From assembly GCA_963676795.2 (NCBI GenBank), contig CAXXTB010000001.1, positions 1-64,000 of the forward strand: a stretch of DNA of 64,000 nt. Reading direction: 5' to 3'. The translations under genes and the position numbers were made by a program. Positions 1 through 10,648 of the stretch are shown here, one piece after another. Positions within the stretch are counted from its first letter, which is position 1; each line of letters starts with the position of its first letter. This DNA comes from Geopsychrobacteraceae bacterium (GTDB lineage Bacteria; Desulfobacterota; Desulfuromonadia; Desulfuromonadales; Geopsychrobacteraceae). Under the pieces are notes generated by a model. The model was not told where the DNA came from. It was given only the letters and a program-made list of their open reading frames with translations, and searched no databases.

Positions 1-951
1 ACCGAAAAGCTCAACGATATCTTAAGCCAGATCAGCATGGCCGGCGAGCAGATCGATTCCGGCTCCAGCCAGGTCTCCGACTCGGCCCAGGATCTCTCCC
101 AGGGCTCGACCCAGCAGGCCTCGGCCATTGAAGAGATCGGTGCCTCCTTAAGCGAACTGGCCGGCCAGACCCGGGTCAACGCCGAGAACGCGGCAACCGC
201 CAACCAGCTGGCGACCACCGCCCGTAATGCCGCAGGAGAAGGCAGCAAACAGATGCAGCAGATGGTCATCGCCATGCATGAGATCAATGAATCGGGACAG
301 AACATCAGCAAGATCATCAAGACCATCGACGAGATCGCCTTCCAGACCAACCTGCTCGCCCTGAACGCCGCGGTTGAAGCGGCCCGCGCCGGCCAGCACG
401 GCAAAGGCTTCGCCGTCGTTGCCGAAGAGGTCCGCAACCTGGCCGCCCGCAGCGCCAAAGCCGCCCAGGAGACTGCAGCGCTGATCGAAGGGAGCGTGCA
501 GAAGGGGGAAAACGGCACCGAAATCGCCAATCGTACAGCGAAAGCCCTGGAGGAGATCGTCAACGGGATCGGCAAGACCAGCGATCTGGTCGCCGAGATC
601 GCCGCCTCAAGTAAGGACCAGGCCGAAGGGCTCTCCCAGGTCAACGACGGACTTTCCCAGGTTGACCAGGTGGTCCAGCGCAACACCGCCGGTGCCGAAG
701 AGAGCGCCTCTGCCGCCGAGGAGCTGTCGAGCCAGTCGGCCTACCTGCGCCAGCTGATTGCCCAGTTCCGTCTCAGGGGGATGGGCAAATCAGGCGTGGC
801 GATGCCGACGGCGAAACCGGTGGTCAGACAGGCTACACTGTCAACCCCCAGGAAACCGGCTCCGCCGGCCAGAGCTGCAGACTGGGGACAGTCACCCGGT
901 CGCAACAAGCCGGTCATCGCCCTCGATAACGATGATTTCGGCAAGTACTGA
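1..951 (+). CDS. Methyl-accepting chemotaxis protein, 5'-truncated by the window edge (MCP1)
   Basis: Frame open from base 1 ([10 protein letters not shown]...); hairpin-tip motif [21 protein letters not shown]-terminus DNDDFGKY. Confidence 0.97.
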   Translation, partial: TEKLNDILSQISMAGEQIDSGSSQVSDSAQDLSQGSTQQASAIEEIGASLSELAGQTRVNAENAATANQLATTARNAAGEGSKQMQQMVIAMHEINESGQNISKIIKTIDEIAFQTNLLALNAAVEAARAGQHGKGFAVVAEEVRNLAARSAKAAQETAALIEGSVQKGENGTEIANRTAKALEEIVNGIGKTSDLVAEIAASSKDQAEGLSQVNDGLSQVDQVVQRNTAGAEESASAAEELSSQSAYLRQLIAQFRLRGMGKSGVAMPTAKPVVRQATLSTPRKPAPPARAADWGQSPGRNKPVIALDNDDFGKY

Positions 952-971
952 CAATATCAATTTCACCATAG

Positions 972-1003
972 AAAGCGGCCTCAAACTGGCCGCTTTTTCT
1001 TTT
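972..1003 (+). terminator. Rho-independent terminator after MCP1
   Basis: AAAGCGGCC-tcaaact-GGCCGCTTT followed by a T-rich tract. Confidence 0.8.
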
Positions 1004-1059
1004 CCCTGCTGACTTATATTTATCTATTCATCTTTTTATATACAAACAACTGGCAGCGG

Positions 1060-1087
1060 TTGAACTTCTCCTGATGGATGCTACAAT
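1060..1087 (+). promoter_or_regulatory. Putative sigma70 promoter of MCP2
   Basis: TTGAAC-N16-TACAAT with TGn extended -10, in an AT-rich intergenic region; GAGG RBS before ATG 1127. Confidence 0.5.
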
Positions 1088-1126
1088 TTATAAACAATTC
1101 TAACGTCTTTAAATGAGGTCCTGCAC

Positions 1127-3277
1127 ATGAAGTCCCTATCGCTGCGCTATCGTATTCTGCTCCCAATCATTGCTCTGATTATCGTCGGAACAGCTATATC
1201 GACGGGGATCTCGTCGTCATCATCCGGCAATACTGTTGAACAGATAATCAGCCAGCAACTGGAAGGCACAACTCGGAACATTTCCATCCAGATCAACAGC
1301 TGGATAGAAGGGCTGAAGCTGAACCTGCTAACCTTAAGTGAACTGGATACCTACAAGGATGTATTGCTCAACACCGACTTCGGTGGTGAATTCTACGCCG
1401 AGATTGCCAGCAGCGACCTCGCTGCCTACGCCAAGCGTTACGGCGGTTATGACGATATTATTCTGTTCAACAAGGAAGGACTTGCTGTTGCGGCATCGAT
1501 CCCCGCCCTGGTCGGCAAGGTCAATGTCAGCAGTCGCCCCTACTTCAACGACGTCATCAGCGGCAAGCAGGTCATCAGCAATGTCATTCAGAGCAAGGGA
1601 ACCGGTCAGCCGATTTTTGTCATCGCCACCCCGGTCCTGATCAACAACAAGGTCGGCGGCTTTTTGGGTGCAGCAGTTTCGCTGAAGAAATTCTCGGACG
1701 AGGTTGTCACCCCGGTCAAGATCGGCAAGGAAGGCTACGCCTTTATCGCCGACAGCAGCGGACTGATGGCCGCCCATCCCGATGAAAACCAGTTGATGAA
1801 ACTCAATATCAAGGATCACGACTGGGGCAAACAGATGCTCCAGCAGCAAAGCGGCTCACTGATCTACACCCTTGACGGCGAAGAAAAACGTGTCGAGTTC
1901 AAGACGGAACCGGCGACCGGCTGGATCGTCGCTGCCGTGGCGGCAACTGACGATATTTTCGCCCCGGTCAAAAAACTGGTTTGGGACAATCTGATTGTCG
2001 GCATCATTATTGTTATCGTACTCGCTGTCGTCATCGTTCTGCTGGTCCGTCCAATCATCGCGGCGCTCAACAGCGGGGTCGACTTCGCTGAAATGATCCA
2101 GAGAGGAGACCTTTCAAGCCGCCTGCATCTCAAGCGCTCCGACGAAATCGGCAAGCTTTCCAATTCCCTCGACACAATGGCCGACAGCCTGCAACAGCGC
2201 GCCGAACTGGCCGAAGCGATTGCCGAAGGGGACCTCACTCAGGAAGTGACCCTCGCCTCCGAACAGGATGTACTCGGTCGCGCCCTGCGCAGCATGATTG
2301 ACAAACTCAACGATATCTTAAGCCAGATCAGTATGGCCGGCGAGCAGATCGATTCCGGCTCCAGCCAGGTCTCCGATTCGGCCCAGGATCTCTCCCAGGG
2401 GTCCACCGAGCAGGCCTCGGCCATCGAAGAAATCAGCGCATCCCTGAATGAACTCTCCGGCCAGACCCAGGTCAACGCCGAAAATGCCGCAACCGCGAAC
2501 CAACTAGCGACAACCGCCCGCGGCGCCGCCGATGAAGGTAGCAAGCAGATGCAGCAGATGGTTATGGCAATGCAGGAGATCAACGAATCGGGGCAGAACA
2601 TCAGTAAGATCATCAAAACCATCGATGAGATTGCCTTCCAGACCAACCTGCTCGCCCTGAACGCAGCGGTCGAAGCGGCCCGTGCTGGTCAACACGGCAA
2701 GGGCTTTGCCGTGGTCGCCGAAGAGGTGCGTAATCTGGCGGCCCGCAGCGCCAAGGCAGCCCAGGAGACGGCAACCCTGATCGAAGGGAGTGTCCAGAAA
2801 GGGCTGAACGGCACAGAGATTGCCAACCGTACAGCCAAAGCCCTTGAGGAAATCGTCAGCGGAATCGGCAAAACCACCGATCTGGTTGCTGAAATCGCAG
2901 CATCCAGCAAGGATCAGGCTGAAGGACTGGCCCAGGTGAACGACGGCCTGACCCAGGTTGATGACGTTGTCCAGCGCAACACGGCCGGAGCAGAAGAGAG
3001 TGCCTCCGCAGCCGAAGAACTGTCGAGTCAGTCAGCCTATCTGCGCCAACTGATTGGTCAGTTCCATCTCAGGGGGGCAGGCTGTCAAGCAGCCGGCACT
3101 GGCAACAAACAGACCGGTCAGCAAGCCCCTGTTAAACAGGCTGTCCTGAAAGCACCGACTCCGGCCAAACCAGCTCAGAAACCGGCAGCTCCAGCTCCCG
3201 CCGGCGACTGGGGACAGTCCCCAGTTGGCAATAAACCGGTCATCGCCCTCGACGATGACGAATTCGGTAAGTATTGA
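1127..3277 (+). CDS. Methyl-accepting chemotaxis protein: TM1-dCache-TM2-tandem HAMP-36H-like signalling domain (MCP2)
   Basis: Two hydrophobic TM segments; Cache-like GYAFIADSSG..AHPD and TGW motifs; two GDL..DE/DVLG HAMP repeats; MCP tip motif; tail EFGKY. Confidence 0.97.
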   Translation: MKSLSLRYRILLPIIALIIVGTAISTGISSSSSGNTVEQIISQQLEGTTRNISIQINSWIEGLKLNLLTLSELDTYKDVLLNTDFGGEFYAEIASSDLAAYAKRYGGYDDIILFNKEGLAVAASIPALVGKVNVSSRPYFNDVISGKQVISNVIQSKGTGQPIFVIATPVLINNKVGGFLGAAVSLKKFSDEVVTPVKIGKEGYAFIADSSGLMAAHPDENQLMKLNIKDHDWGKQMLQQQSGSLIYTLDGEEKRVEFKTEPATGWIVAAVAATDDIFAPVKKLVWDNLIVGIIIVIVLAVVIVLLVRPIIAALNSGVDFAEMIQRGDLSSRLHLKRSDEIGKLSNSLDTMADSLQQRAELAEAIAEGDLTQEVTLASEQDVLGRALRSMIDKLNDILSQISMAGEQIDSGSSQVSDSAQDLSQGSTEQASAIEEISASLNELSGQTQVNAENAATANQLATTARGAADEGSKQMQQMVMAMQEINESGQNISKIIKTIDEIAFQTNLLALNAAVEAARAGQHGKGFAVVAEEVRNLAARSAKAAQETATLIEGSVQKGLNGTEIANRTAKALEEIVSGIGKTTDLVAEIAASSKDQAEGLAQVNDGLTQVDDVVQRNTAGAEESASAAEELSSQSAYLRQLIGQFHLRGAGCQAAGTGNKQTGQQAPVKQAVLKAPTPAKPAQKPAAPAPAGDWGQSPVGNKPVIALDDDEFGKY

Positions 3278-3289
3278 ACAGCTGCATCA

Positions 3290-3328
3290 ATCCCCAGTCA
3301 CTGAAATGTCTCCATCAGTACTGGGGAT
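3290..3328 (+). terminator. Stem-loop after MCP2, possible terminator
   Basis: ATCCCCAGT(c)ACTGA ... TCAGTACTGGGGAT inverted repeat; no strong U-tract. Confidence 0.5.
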
Positions 3329-3424
3329 AACCACCCTCGGGGCTACACATCTGACAAATATTAAAGCGTATCTACCGCAGGTTAGATGCAGTAGATTAAA
3401 TCCATGCGGTAAACAAACAAACTA

Positions 3425-3453
3425 TTGACACATTTTAATGCAACAATTATATT
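3425..3453 (+). promoter_or_regulatory. Putative sigma70 promoter of MCP3
   Basis: TTGACA-N17-TATATT; AGGAGG RBS at 3481 before GTG 3496. Confidence 0.7.
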
Positions 3454-3495
3454 TGGCTAATCTTTGACTAATATATCCTCAGGAGGGCCCTGTCC

Positions 3496-5673
3496 GTGAA
3501 AAAACTATCACTGCGCATGCGCATTCTACTCCCTATCATCATTCTGATCATAATCGGAATGGCAGTAGCAGCAATCACGTCATCACGTTCTACGGAAAAG
3601 ATCGTAAACACCATCATCACAGATCAACTCGAGGAAACAACGACTTCGATTGATGTTCAAATTTCCAGATGGATCGAAACGCTCAGCAGGGACATGACAA
3701 CACTGAGCGAGAAATCGGCATTCTCCGACCTGATGATGAACACCGGTTTCGGCGGTGAGTTCTATGTCGAAAAAGTCGGCATGACACTGCAGGACTTTGT
3801 TTCCCGCTATACAGACTTTGAATCATCCATCGTTTTCAACATGGACGGTTTAGCCGTGGCCTCGTCGGTCAAGGAAGTCATCGGCAAAATCAACGCCAAT
3901 GATATTCCAATCATCAAGACGATGGTCGACAAAGCCAAGCAGGGGCAAACTGCAATCAGCGAGATCCACAAAAGCCTGGCTTCAGACGATGCTACTTTCG
4001 CTATTGCGGTGCCGATCTATATCAATGGCAAAGTCAGCGGTATCCTCAGTGCCGGGGTTGCCTTGAACAAGTTTACCAAAGAGATCATCGAATCAGTCAA
4101 AATAGGCGAACAAGGATACGCCTATATGACCGACTTCACCGGCATCATAGCCGCAACAAAAATCAAAGAAGAGATTCTCAAAACCAACATCAAGGACTAT
4201 GAGTGGGGCAGACAGATCCTCAGCCAGAAAAACGGCATGATGGTCTATAACTTCAACGGCATGGAAAAGCTGGTCAATTTCCATACTATCCCTGCCACAG
4301 GCTGGGTTGTCGTCGCCGGTGCTGCAACCGACGACATCTTCGGTCCCGTTCACAAGCTGAGCACAATCAGCGCAATTATCGGCCTGCTCGTCATCATTAT
4401 CATGGCTGTCGCCATAATCTTTATTATCAGGCCGATCATCAATGCCATCAATAAAGGAGTAGCTCTGGCGCAGCAGATCCAGAGCGGCGATCTTTCAAAC
4501 CGCCTGAACATGACCCGCACTGATGAGATCGGCACCCTGGCCAACTCGCTCGACTCCATGGCCGACAGCCTCCAGCAGCGCGCCGAACTGGCCGAAGCGA
4601 TCGCCGACGGAGATCTCACTCAGGAAGTCACCCTCGCCTCCGAACAGGATGTTCTGGGGCGCGCCCTGCGTACCATGACCGAAAAGCTCAACGATATCTT
4701 AAGCCAGATCAGCATGGCCGGCGAGCAGATCGATTCCGGCTCCAGCCAGGTCTCCGACTCGGCCCAGGATCTCTCCCAGGGCTCGACCCAGCAGGCCTCG
4801 GCCATTGAAGAGATCGGTGCCTCCTTAAGCGAACTGGCCGGCCAGACCCGGGTCAACGCCGAGAACGCGGCAACCGCCAACCAGCTGGCGACCACCGCCC
4901 GTAATGCCGCAGGAGAAGGCAGCAAACAGATGCAGCAGATGGTCATCGCCATGCATGAGATCAATGAATCGGGACAGAACATCAGCAAGATCATCAAGAC
5001 CATCGACGAGATCGCCTTCCAGACCAACCTGCTCGCCCTGAACGCCGCGGTTGAAGCGGCCCGCGCCGGCCAGCACGGCAAAGGCTTCGCCGTCGTTGCC
5101 GAAGAGGTCCGCAACCTGGCCGCCCGCAGCGCCAAAGCCGCCCAGGAGACTGCAGCGCTGATCGAAGGGAGCGTGCAGAAGGGGGAAAACGGCACCGAAA
5201 TCGCCAATCGTACAGCGAAAGCCCTGGAGGAGATCGTCAACGGGATCGGCAAGACCAGCGATCTGGTCGCCGAGATCGCCGCCTCAAGTAAGGACCAGGC
5301 CGAAGGGCTCTCCCAGGTCAACGACGGACTTTCCCAGGTTGACCAGGTGGTTCAGCGCAACACCGCCGGAGCCGAAGAGAGCGCCTCGGCCGCCGAGGAG
5401 CTGTCGAGCCAGTCGGCCTACCTGCGCCAGCTGATCGGACAGTTCCGTCTCAAGGGGATGGGCCAAGCCCAGCGGGCCATTCCGGCCGCGCCGACCAGAC
5501 CAGCCGCAAAACCGGTGGCCAGACAGGCCTCCCTGGCCGCGCCTAGGAAGACAGCCCCGGCAAAGCCTGCGGCCAAACCGGCGCCACCGGCCAGTTCAGC
5601 AGACTGGGGACAGTCCCCTTCGGGGAACAAGCCGGTCATCGCCCTTGATGATGACGAGTTCGGCAAGTACTAA
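3496..5673 (+). CDS. Methyl-accepting chemotaxis protein with dCache sensor (MCP3)
   Basis: Same architecture as MCP2; GTG start with strong RBS; tail DDDEFGKY. Confidence 0.97.
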   Translation: MKKLSLRMRILLPIIILIIIGMAVAAITSSRSTEKIVNTIITDQLEETTTSIDVQISRWIETLSRDMTTLSEKSAFSDLMMNTGFGGEFYVEKVGMTLQDFVSRYTDFESSIVFNMDGLAVASSVKEVIGKINANDIPIIKTMVDKAKQGQTAISEIHKSLASDDATFAIAVPIYINGKVSGILSAGVALNKFTKEIIESVKIGEQGYAYMTDFTGIIAATKIKEEILKTNIKDYEWGRQILSQKNGMMVYNFNGMEKLVNFHTIPATGWVVVAGAATDDIFGPVHKLSTISAIIGLLVIIIMAVAIIFIIRPIINAINKGVALAQQIQSGDLSNRLNMTRTDEIGTLANSLDSMADSLQQRAELAEAIADGDLTQEVTLASEQDVLGRALRTMTEKLNDILSQISMAGEQIDSGSSQVSDSAQDLSQGSTQQASAIEEIGASLSELAGQTRVNAENAATANQLATTARNAAGEGSKQMQQMVIAMHEINESGQNISKIIKTIDEIAFQTNLLALNAAVEAARAGQHGKGFAVVAEEVRNLAARSAKAAQETAALIEGSVQKGENGTEIANRTAKALEEIVNGIGKTSDLVAEIAASSKDQAEGLSQVNDGLSQVDQVVQRNTAGAEESASAAEELSSQSAYLRQLIGQFRLKGMGQAQRAIPAAPTRPAAKPVARQASLAAPRKTAPAKPAAKPAPPASSADWGQSPSGNKPVIALDDDEFGKY

Positions 5674-5685
5674 AATCCCGAAAAA

Positions 5686-5730
5686 GCCCAAGAGAGGAGC
5701 GGCTATCCGCCTTCTCTTGGGCAGCGTTTT
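5686..5730 (+). terminator. Stem-loop terminator after MCP3
   Basis: GCCCAAGAGA...TCTCTTGGGC stem with inner GCGG/CCGC pairing; TTTT shortly downstream. Confidence 0.65.
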
Positions 5731-5807
5731 ATCCCCAACATCTTCTATCCGAACAGTGCTCCATGAAGACAGAAGCTCCCCAGTAACATTAATAGGACAA
5801 TCATTAG

Positions 5808-5836
5808 TTGACACTAATTGAATACCTATATATTCT
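5808..5836 (+). promoter_or_regulatory. Putative sigma70 promoter of MCP4
   Basis: TTGACA-N17-TATTCT; AAGGAGG RBS before ATG 5870. Confidence 0.65.
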
Positions 5837-5869
5837 TTAGTTCTTTACTAATCTAAGGAGGTCTTTTTC

Positions 5870-8041
5870 ATGAAAAAGCTGTCACTCCGCATTCGTATTC
5901 TGCTCCCGATCATCGTCCTGATCATTATCGGCATAGCGGTCATCGTCACCCTCTCCGCCCGCTCAACAACTTCAATGGCAAACAATATGATCATGGGCCA
6001 ACTCAACGGCACGACAGACGGAATTTCTTCACAGGTGGGGGCCTGGGTACAGGGGCTGAGTATTGATCTGACAACGATGAGTGAAAAACAAGCCATCTCT
6101 GATACCCTGTTGAATGTCAATTTTGCGACTGAATTCTACGTTGCGCAAGCCAATGACGAGCTTAAGGCGTTCATCAAACGCTATAACGATTTTGAATCCT
6201 CAATACTGTTCAACGCCGATGGCCTGGCTGTTGCGTCAACGGTCGAAGCCGTCATCGGCAAGGTCAACGCCAATAACGATCCTGATGACCAAGTCTATTT
6301 TGATAAAGCCCGCAACAAGCAGGTCGGTATCAGCCATATGCTCAAGAGCAAGACAACAGGCAATCCGGCTTTCGTCATTGCCGTTCCGGTCATTCGTAAC
6401 GATAAACTGCTCGGCATCCTCGGGGCCGCCGTTGACGTTAACAAGTTCGCCGCCAGAGTCATCGACCCGGTTGTCATCGGCAAGGAAGGATATGCATACC
6501 TGGCTGACAGCAGGGGGCTGATGGCAGCCAACAAAAATAAGGACCAGATCCTCTCCTTCAATCTCAACGATCAGGAGTGGGGACGACAGATCATGCAACA
6601 GAAAAACGGCACCATCACTTACTCTCTCAACGGTATGGAAAAGCTGGTTGTTTTCCGCACTGAACCGACAACGGGCTGGATCATTGCTGCCGGCGCTGCG
6701 ACCGATGATATCTTTGGAGCAATCTCCTCGCTCAACGTGAAAAACAGCATCATTGGACTGATTGTTGTTGTCATTCTGGGAATCGTCATTATCTTTATCG
6801 TGCGACCCATCATTGGTGCCGTTAACAAGGGCGTTGCCATGGCCAAGCAGATTCAGGCCGGCGACCTCTCTTCCCGCCTTCACCTGACACGGACCGATGA
6901 GATCGGCCAATTGACTCATGCCCTTGACGATATGGCCGACAGCCTCCAGCAGCGCGCCGAACTGGCCGAAGCGATCGCCGAAGGTGACCTGACCCGGGAG
7001 GTTACCCTCGCCTCCGAACAGGATGTTTTGGGCCGCGCGCTGCGGACCATGACCGAAAAGCTCAACGATATCTTAAGCCAGATCGCCATGGCCGGCGAGC
7101 AGATCGACTCCGGCTCCAATCAGGTCTCCGATTCGGCCCAGGATCTCTCCCAGGGCTCGACCCAGCAGGCCTCGGCCATCGAAGAGATCGGCGCCAGCCT
7201 CAATGAGTTGACCGGCCAGACCCAGATCAATGCCGAAAATGCAGCCAGCGCCAACCAGCTGGCGACCACCGCCCGTAATGCCGCAGGAGAAGGTAGCAAG
7301 CAGATGCAGCAGATGGTCGTCGCCATGCATGAGATCAATGAATCGGGACAGAACATCAGCAAGATCATCAAGACCATCGACGAGATCGCCTTCCAGACCA
7401 ATCTGCTCGCCCTCAACGCAGCGGTTGAAGCGGCCCGCGCCGGCCAGCACGGCAAGGGCTTCGCCGTCGTTGCCGAAGAGGTCCGCAACCTGGCCGCCCG
7501 CAGCGCCAAAGCCGCCCAGGAGACTGCAGCGCTGATCGAAGGGAGCGTCCAGAAGGGGGAAAACGGCACCGAAATCGCCAATCGTACCGCCAAGGCCCTG
7601 GAGGAGATCGTCAACGGGATCGGCAAGACCAGCGACCTGGTCGCCGAGATCGCTGCCTCAAGCAGGGACCAGGCTGAAGGGCTCTCCCAGGTCAACGACG
7701 GGCTCTCCCAGGTTGACCAGGTGGTCCAGCGCAACACCGCCGGTGCCGAAGAGAGCGCCTCGGCCGCTGAAGAGCTGTCGAGCCAGTCGGCTTACCTGCG
7801 TCAGCTGATCGCCCAGTTCCGTCTCAAGGGGATGGGCCAATCAAGCATGGCGATTCCGGCTCCGAAACCCGCGGCGAAACCGCAAACCAGACAGGCTTCC
7901 CTGGCTGCGCCGAAAACGACTGCCCCGGCAAAGCCTGCGGTCAAACCGGCCGCGCCGGCCAGTGCTGCGGACTGGGGGCACTCCCCCGGTGGCAACAAAC
8001 CGATCATCGCCCTGGATGATGACGAGTTCGGCAAGTACTGA
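5870..8041 (+). CDS. Methyl-accepting chemotaxis protein with dCache sensor (MCP4)
   Basis: Same architecture; MCP tip motif; tail DDDEFGKY. Confidence 0.97.
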   Translation: MKKLSLRIRILLPIIVLIIIGIAVIVTLSARSTTSMANNMIMGQLNGTTDGISSQVGAWVQGLSIDLTTMSEKQAISDTLLNVNFATEFYVAQANDELKAFIKRYNDFESSILFNADGLAVASTVEAVIGKVNANNDPDDQVYFDKARNKQVGISHMLKSKTTGNPAFVIAVPVIRNDKLLGILGAAVDVNKFAARVIDPVVIGKEGYAYLADSRGLMAANKNKDQILSFNLNDQEWGRQIMQQKNGTITYSLNGMEKLVVFRTEPTTGWIIAAGAATDDIFGAISSLNVKNSIIGLIVVVILGIVIIFIVRPIIGAVNKGVAMAKQIQAGDLSSRLHLTRTDEIGQLTHALDDMADSLQQRAELAEAIAEGDLTREVTLASEQDVLGRALRTMTEKLNDILSQIAMAGEQIDSGSNQVSDSAQDLSQGSTQQASAIEEIGASLNELTGQTQINAENAASANQLATTARNAAGEGSKQMQQMVVAMHEINESGQNISKIIKTIDEIAFQTNLLALNAAVEAARAGQHGKGFAVVAEEVRNLAARSAKAAQETAALIEGSVQKGENGTEIANRTAKALEEIVNGIGKTSDLVAEIAASSRDQAEGLSQVNDGLSQVDQVVQRNTAGAEESASAAEELSSQSAYLRQLIAQFRLKGMGQSSMAIPAPKPAAKPQTRQASLAAPKTTAPAKPAVKPAAPASAADWGHSPGGNKPIIALDDDEFGKY

Positions 8042-8071
8042 AATTTTTCAAATTTAGGCTAAACTAGAAAT

Positions 8072-8127
8072 GGCTGCCGAGATTTCGGCAGCCTTTCAGG
8101 TTACAGCTTCGGCAGCTTACACCTGAA
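8072..8127 (+). terminator. Terminator hairpin(s) after MCP4
   Basis: GGCTGCCGA-gatt-TCGGCAGCC-TTT, then a second stem TTCAGGT...ACCTGAA. Confidence 0.7.
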
Positions 8128-8233
8128 AACTTCCATTGTTCTGTACGGTCACCAGGAACGGAAAAATATCAACCACATAAACTGTGATTCCATGTTAAGG
8201 GGGAATGGGGCACAACAACGAAAGGACAACGAG

Positions 8234-10408
8234 ATGAAAAAACTGTCACTGCGTACCCGTCTGCTCCTGCCGATTATCGTTCTGATTATCATCGGCATGG
8301 GATTGGCGGCCACTCTTTCCACCCGGGCAACCTCCTCGATCATTGAAGGAATGATCCTGCAACAACTCGAAAACACGACGGAGAATGTGACAGTTCAGAT
8401 CAGTCGCTGGGTCGATACTCTCGAAATCAACCTGACAACCCTCAGTGAAATGCCGTTCAATCAGGACGCCCTGATCAGCGCCTCCTTCAACGATACATTG
8501 TCCGGCTATATCGACGTCGCCAACAATGGACTTGAGTCCTTCGTCAAACGCCATAAGGATTACGAAGATATCATCCTCTTTGACAAAAACGGCAAGTCCA
8601 TAGCGGCATCTGTTCCGGCACTGGTCGGCAAGGTCGACGCCAAGGATCGGGACTATTTCAAAGAGGTCGCAAAAACCGGCAAACAGGTTATCAGTAATGT
8701 TCTCAAAAGCAAGGGAACCGGCCAGCCGATCTTCGTCATCGCCACACCCTTATTCATCAATTCTGAATTCAGTGGCTTTCTTGGCGCCGCGGTCTCCCTG
8801 AGGAAGTTTACCGAGGATGTCATCCTGCCGGTCAAGATCGGCAAGGAAGGCTACGCCTATATGACCGACAGTACCGGACTGATGGCCGCCCACCCTGACA
8901 AGGAAAGCGTGCTCAACCAGAAACTGAGCGACCACGAATGGGGCCAAAGAATCCTGAAAGAGAAACAAGGGACTTTTACCTACGGCTTCAACGGCCATCA
9001 AAGGCTGGTCACCTTCAACACTGAACCAACTACCGGCTGGATTATCGCTGCAGGCGCTGCAACCGACGATATCTTCGGCGTTCTGAACAGGGTCAATTTC
9101 AATAACGCGATTATCGGTCTGATTATCGTCGTTGTTCTGGCCATCGTCATCATTCTGCTGGTCCGCCCGGTTGTCAACACTCTGAAGAAGGGGATCGACC
9201 TGGCCAAGCAGATTCAGGCCGGCGACCTCTCTTCCCGCCTTCACCTGACACGGACCGATGAGATCGGCCAATTGACTCATGCCCTTGACGATATGGCCGA
9301 CAGCCTCCAGCAACGCGCCGAACTGGCCGAAGCAATCGCCGACGGGGACCTCACTCAGGAAGTCACCCTCGCCTCCGAACAGGATGTTCTGGGGCGCGCC
9401 CTGCGTACCATGACCGAAAAGCTCAACGATATCTTAAGCCAGATCAGCATGGCCGGCGAGCAGATCGATTCCGGCTCCAGCCAGGTCTCCGACTCGGCCC
9501 AGGATCTCTCCCAGGGCTCGACCCAGCAGGCCTCGGCCATTGAAGAGATCGGTGCCTCCTTAAACGAACTGGCCGGCCAGACCCGGGTCAACGCCGAGAA
9601 CGCGGCAACCGCCAACCAGCTGGCGACCACCGCCCGTAATGCCGCAGGAGAAGGCAGCAAACAGATGCAGCAGATGGTCATCGCCATGCATGAGATCAAT
9701 GAATCGGGACAGAACATCAGCAAGATCATCAAGACCATCGACGAGATCGCCTTCCAGACCAACCTGCTCGCCCTGAACGCCGCGGTTGAAGCGGCCCGCG
9801 CCGGCCAGCACGGCAAAGGCTTCGCCGTCGTTGCCGAAGAGGTCCGCAACCTGGCCGCCCGCAGCGCCAAAGCCGCCCAGGAGACTGCAGCGCTGATCGA
9901 AGGGAGCGTGCAGAAGGGGGAAAACGGCACCGAAATCGCCAATCGTACAGCGAAAGCCCTGGAGGAGATCGTCAACGGGATCGGCAAGACCAGCGATCTG
10001 GTCGCCGAGATCGCCGCCTCAAGTAAGGACCAGGCCGAAGGGCTCTCCCAGGTCAACGACGGACTTTCCCAGGTTGACCAGGTGGTCCAGCGCAACACCG
10101 CCGGTGCCGAAGAGAGCGCCTCTGCCGCCGAGGAGCTGTCGAGCCAGTCGGCCTACCTGCGCCAGCTGATCGCCCAGTTCCGTCTCAAGGGGATGGGCCA
10201 AGCCCAGAGGGCCATTCCGGCCGCGCCGACCAGACCAGCCGCAAAACCGGTCACCGGACAGGCCTCCCTGGCTATGCCTAAGAAGACAGCCCCGGCAAAA
10301 TCTGCGGCCAAACCGGCCGCACCGGCCAGCGCCGCAGACTGGGGGCAGTCTCCTTCGGGGAACAAGCCGGTCATCGCCCTCGATGACGATGAGTTCGGCA
10401 AATACTGA
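8234..10408 (+). CDS. Methyl-accepting chemotaxis protein with dCache sensor (MCP5)
   Basis: Start moved from 8192 to ATG 8234 (MKKLSLR as in the paralogues; AAGGA RBS); same architecture; tail DDDEFGKY. Confidence 0.97.
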   Translation: MKKLSLRTRLLLPIIVLIIIGMGLAATLSTRATSSIIEGMILQQLENTTENVTVQISRWVDTLEINLTTLSEMPFNQDALISASFNDTLSGYIDVANNGLESFVKRHKDYEDIILFDKNGKSIAASVPALVGKVDAKDRDYFKEVAKTGKQVISNVLKSKGTGQPIFVIATPLFINSEFSGFLGAAVSLRKFTEDVILPVKIGKEGYAYMTDSTGLMAAHPDKESVLNQKLSDHEWGQRILKEKQGTFTYGFNGHQRLVTFNTEPTTGWIIAAGAATDDIFGVLNRVNFNNAIIGLIIVVVLAIVIILLVRPVVNTLKKGIDLAKQIQAGDLSSRLHLTRTDEIGQLTHALDDMADSLQQRAELAEAIADGDLTQEVTLASEQDVLGRALRTMTEKLNDILSQISMAGEQIDSGSSQVSDSAQDLSQGSTQQASAIEEIGASLNELAGQTRVNAENAATANQLATTARNAAGEGSKQMQQMVIAMHEINESGQNISKIIKTIDEIAFQTNLLALNAAVEAARAGQHGKGFAVVAEEVRNLAARSAKAAQETAALIEGSVQKGENGTEIANRTAKALEEIVNGIGKTSDLVAEIAASSKDQAEGLSQVNDGLSQVDQVVQRNTAGAEESASAAEELSSQSAYLRQLIAQFRLKGMGQAQRAIPAAPTRPAAKPVTGQASLAMPKKTAPAKSAAKPAAPASAADWGQSPSGNKPVIALDDDEFGKY

Positions 10409-10426
10409 TCCGTATATTTGAAAAGG

Positions 10427-10458
10427 AAGCGGTTGTCTGCTCAGGACAACCGCTTTGT
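10427..10458 (+). terminator. Terminator after MCP5
   Basis: AAGCGGTTGTC-tgctcag-GACAACCGCTT perfect 11-bp stem. Confidence 0.75.
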
Positions 10459-10576
10459 CAGACCGAGCTGTCAGGCATTTTGCATATCCAACTTCTAACA
10501 AAAAGTATCAAAAGGTATTTTTTACCATTAATAATCACTTAACTACCTAAATTACAAGAAAAGTATCCGTCCACCC

Positions 10577-10604
10577 TTGACATTAGCGATTGCCAATATA
10601 ACTT
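10577..10604 (+). promoter_or_regulatory. Putative sigma70 promoter of MCP6
   Basis: TTGACA-N16-TAACTT (weak -10); GAGGT RBS before ATG 10649. Confidence 0.45.
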
Positions 10605-10648
10605 TAGATATTGTGATATCCAATCCTAACTGACGAAAAGGGTGAGGT

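Noticed and set aside
148..10501. Repeated minus-strand ORFs (83-247 aa) within the MCP array
   Set aside because: They recur only because the sense MCP DNA is repeated
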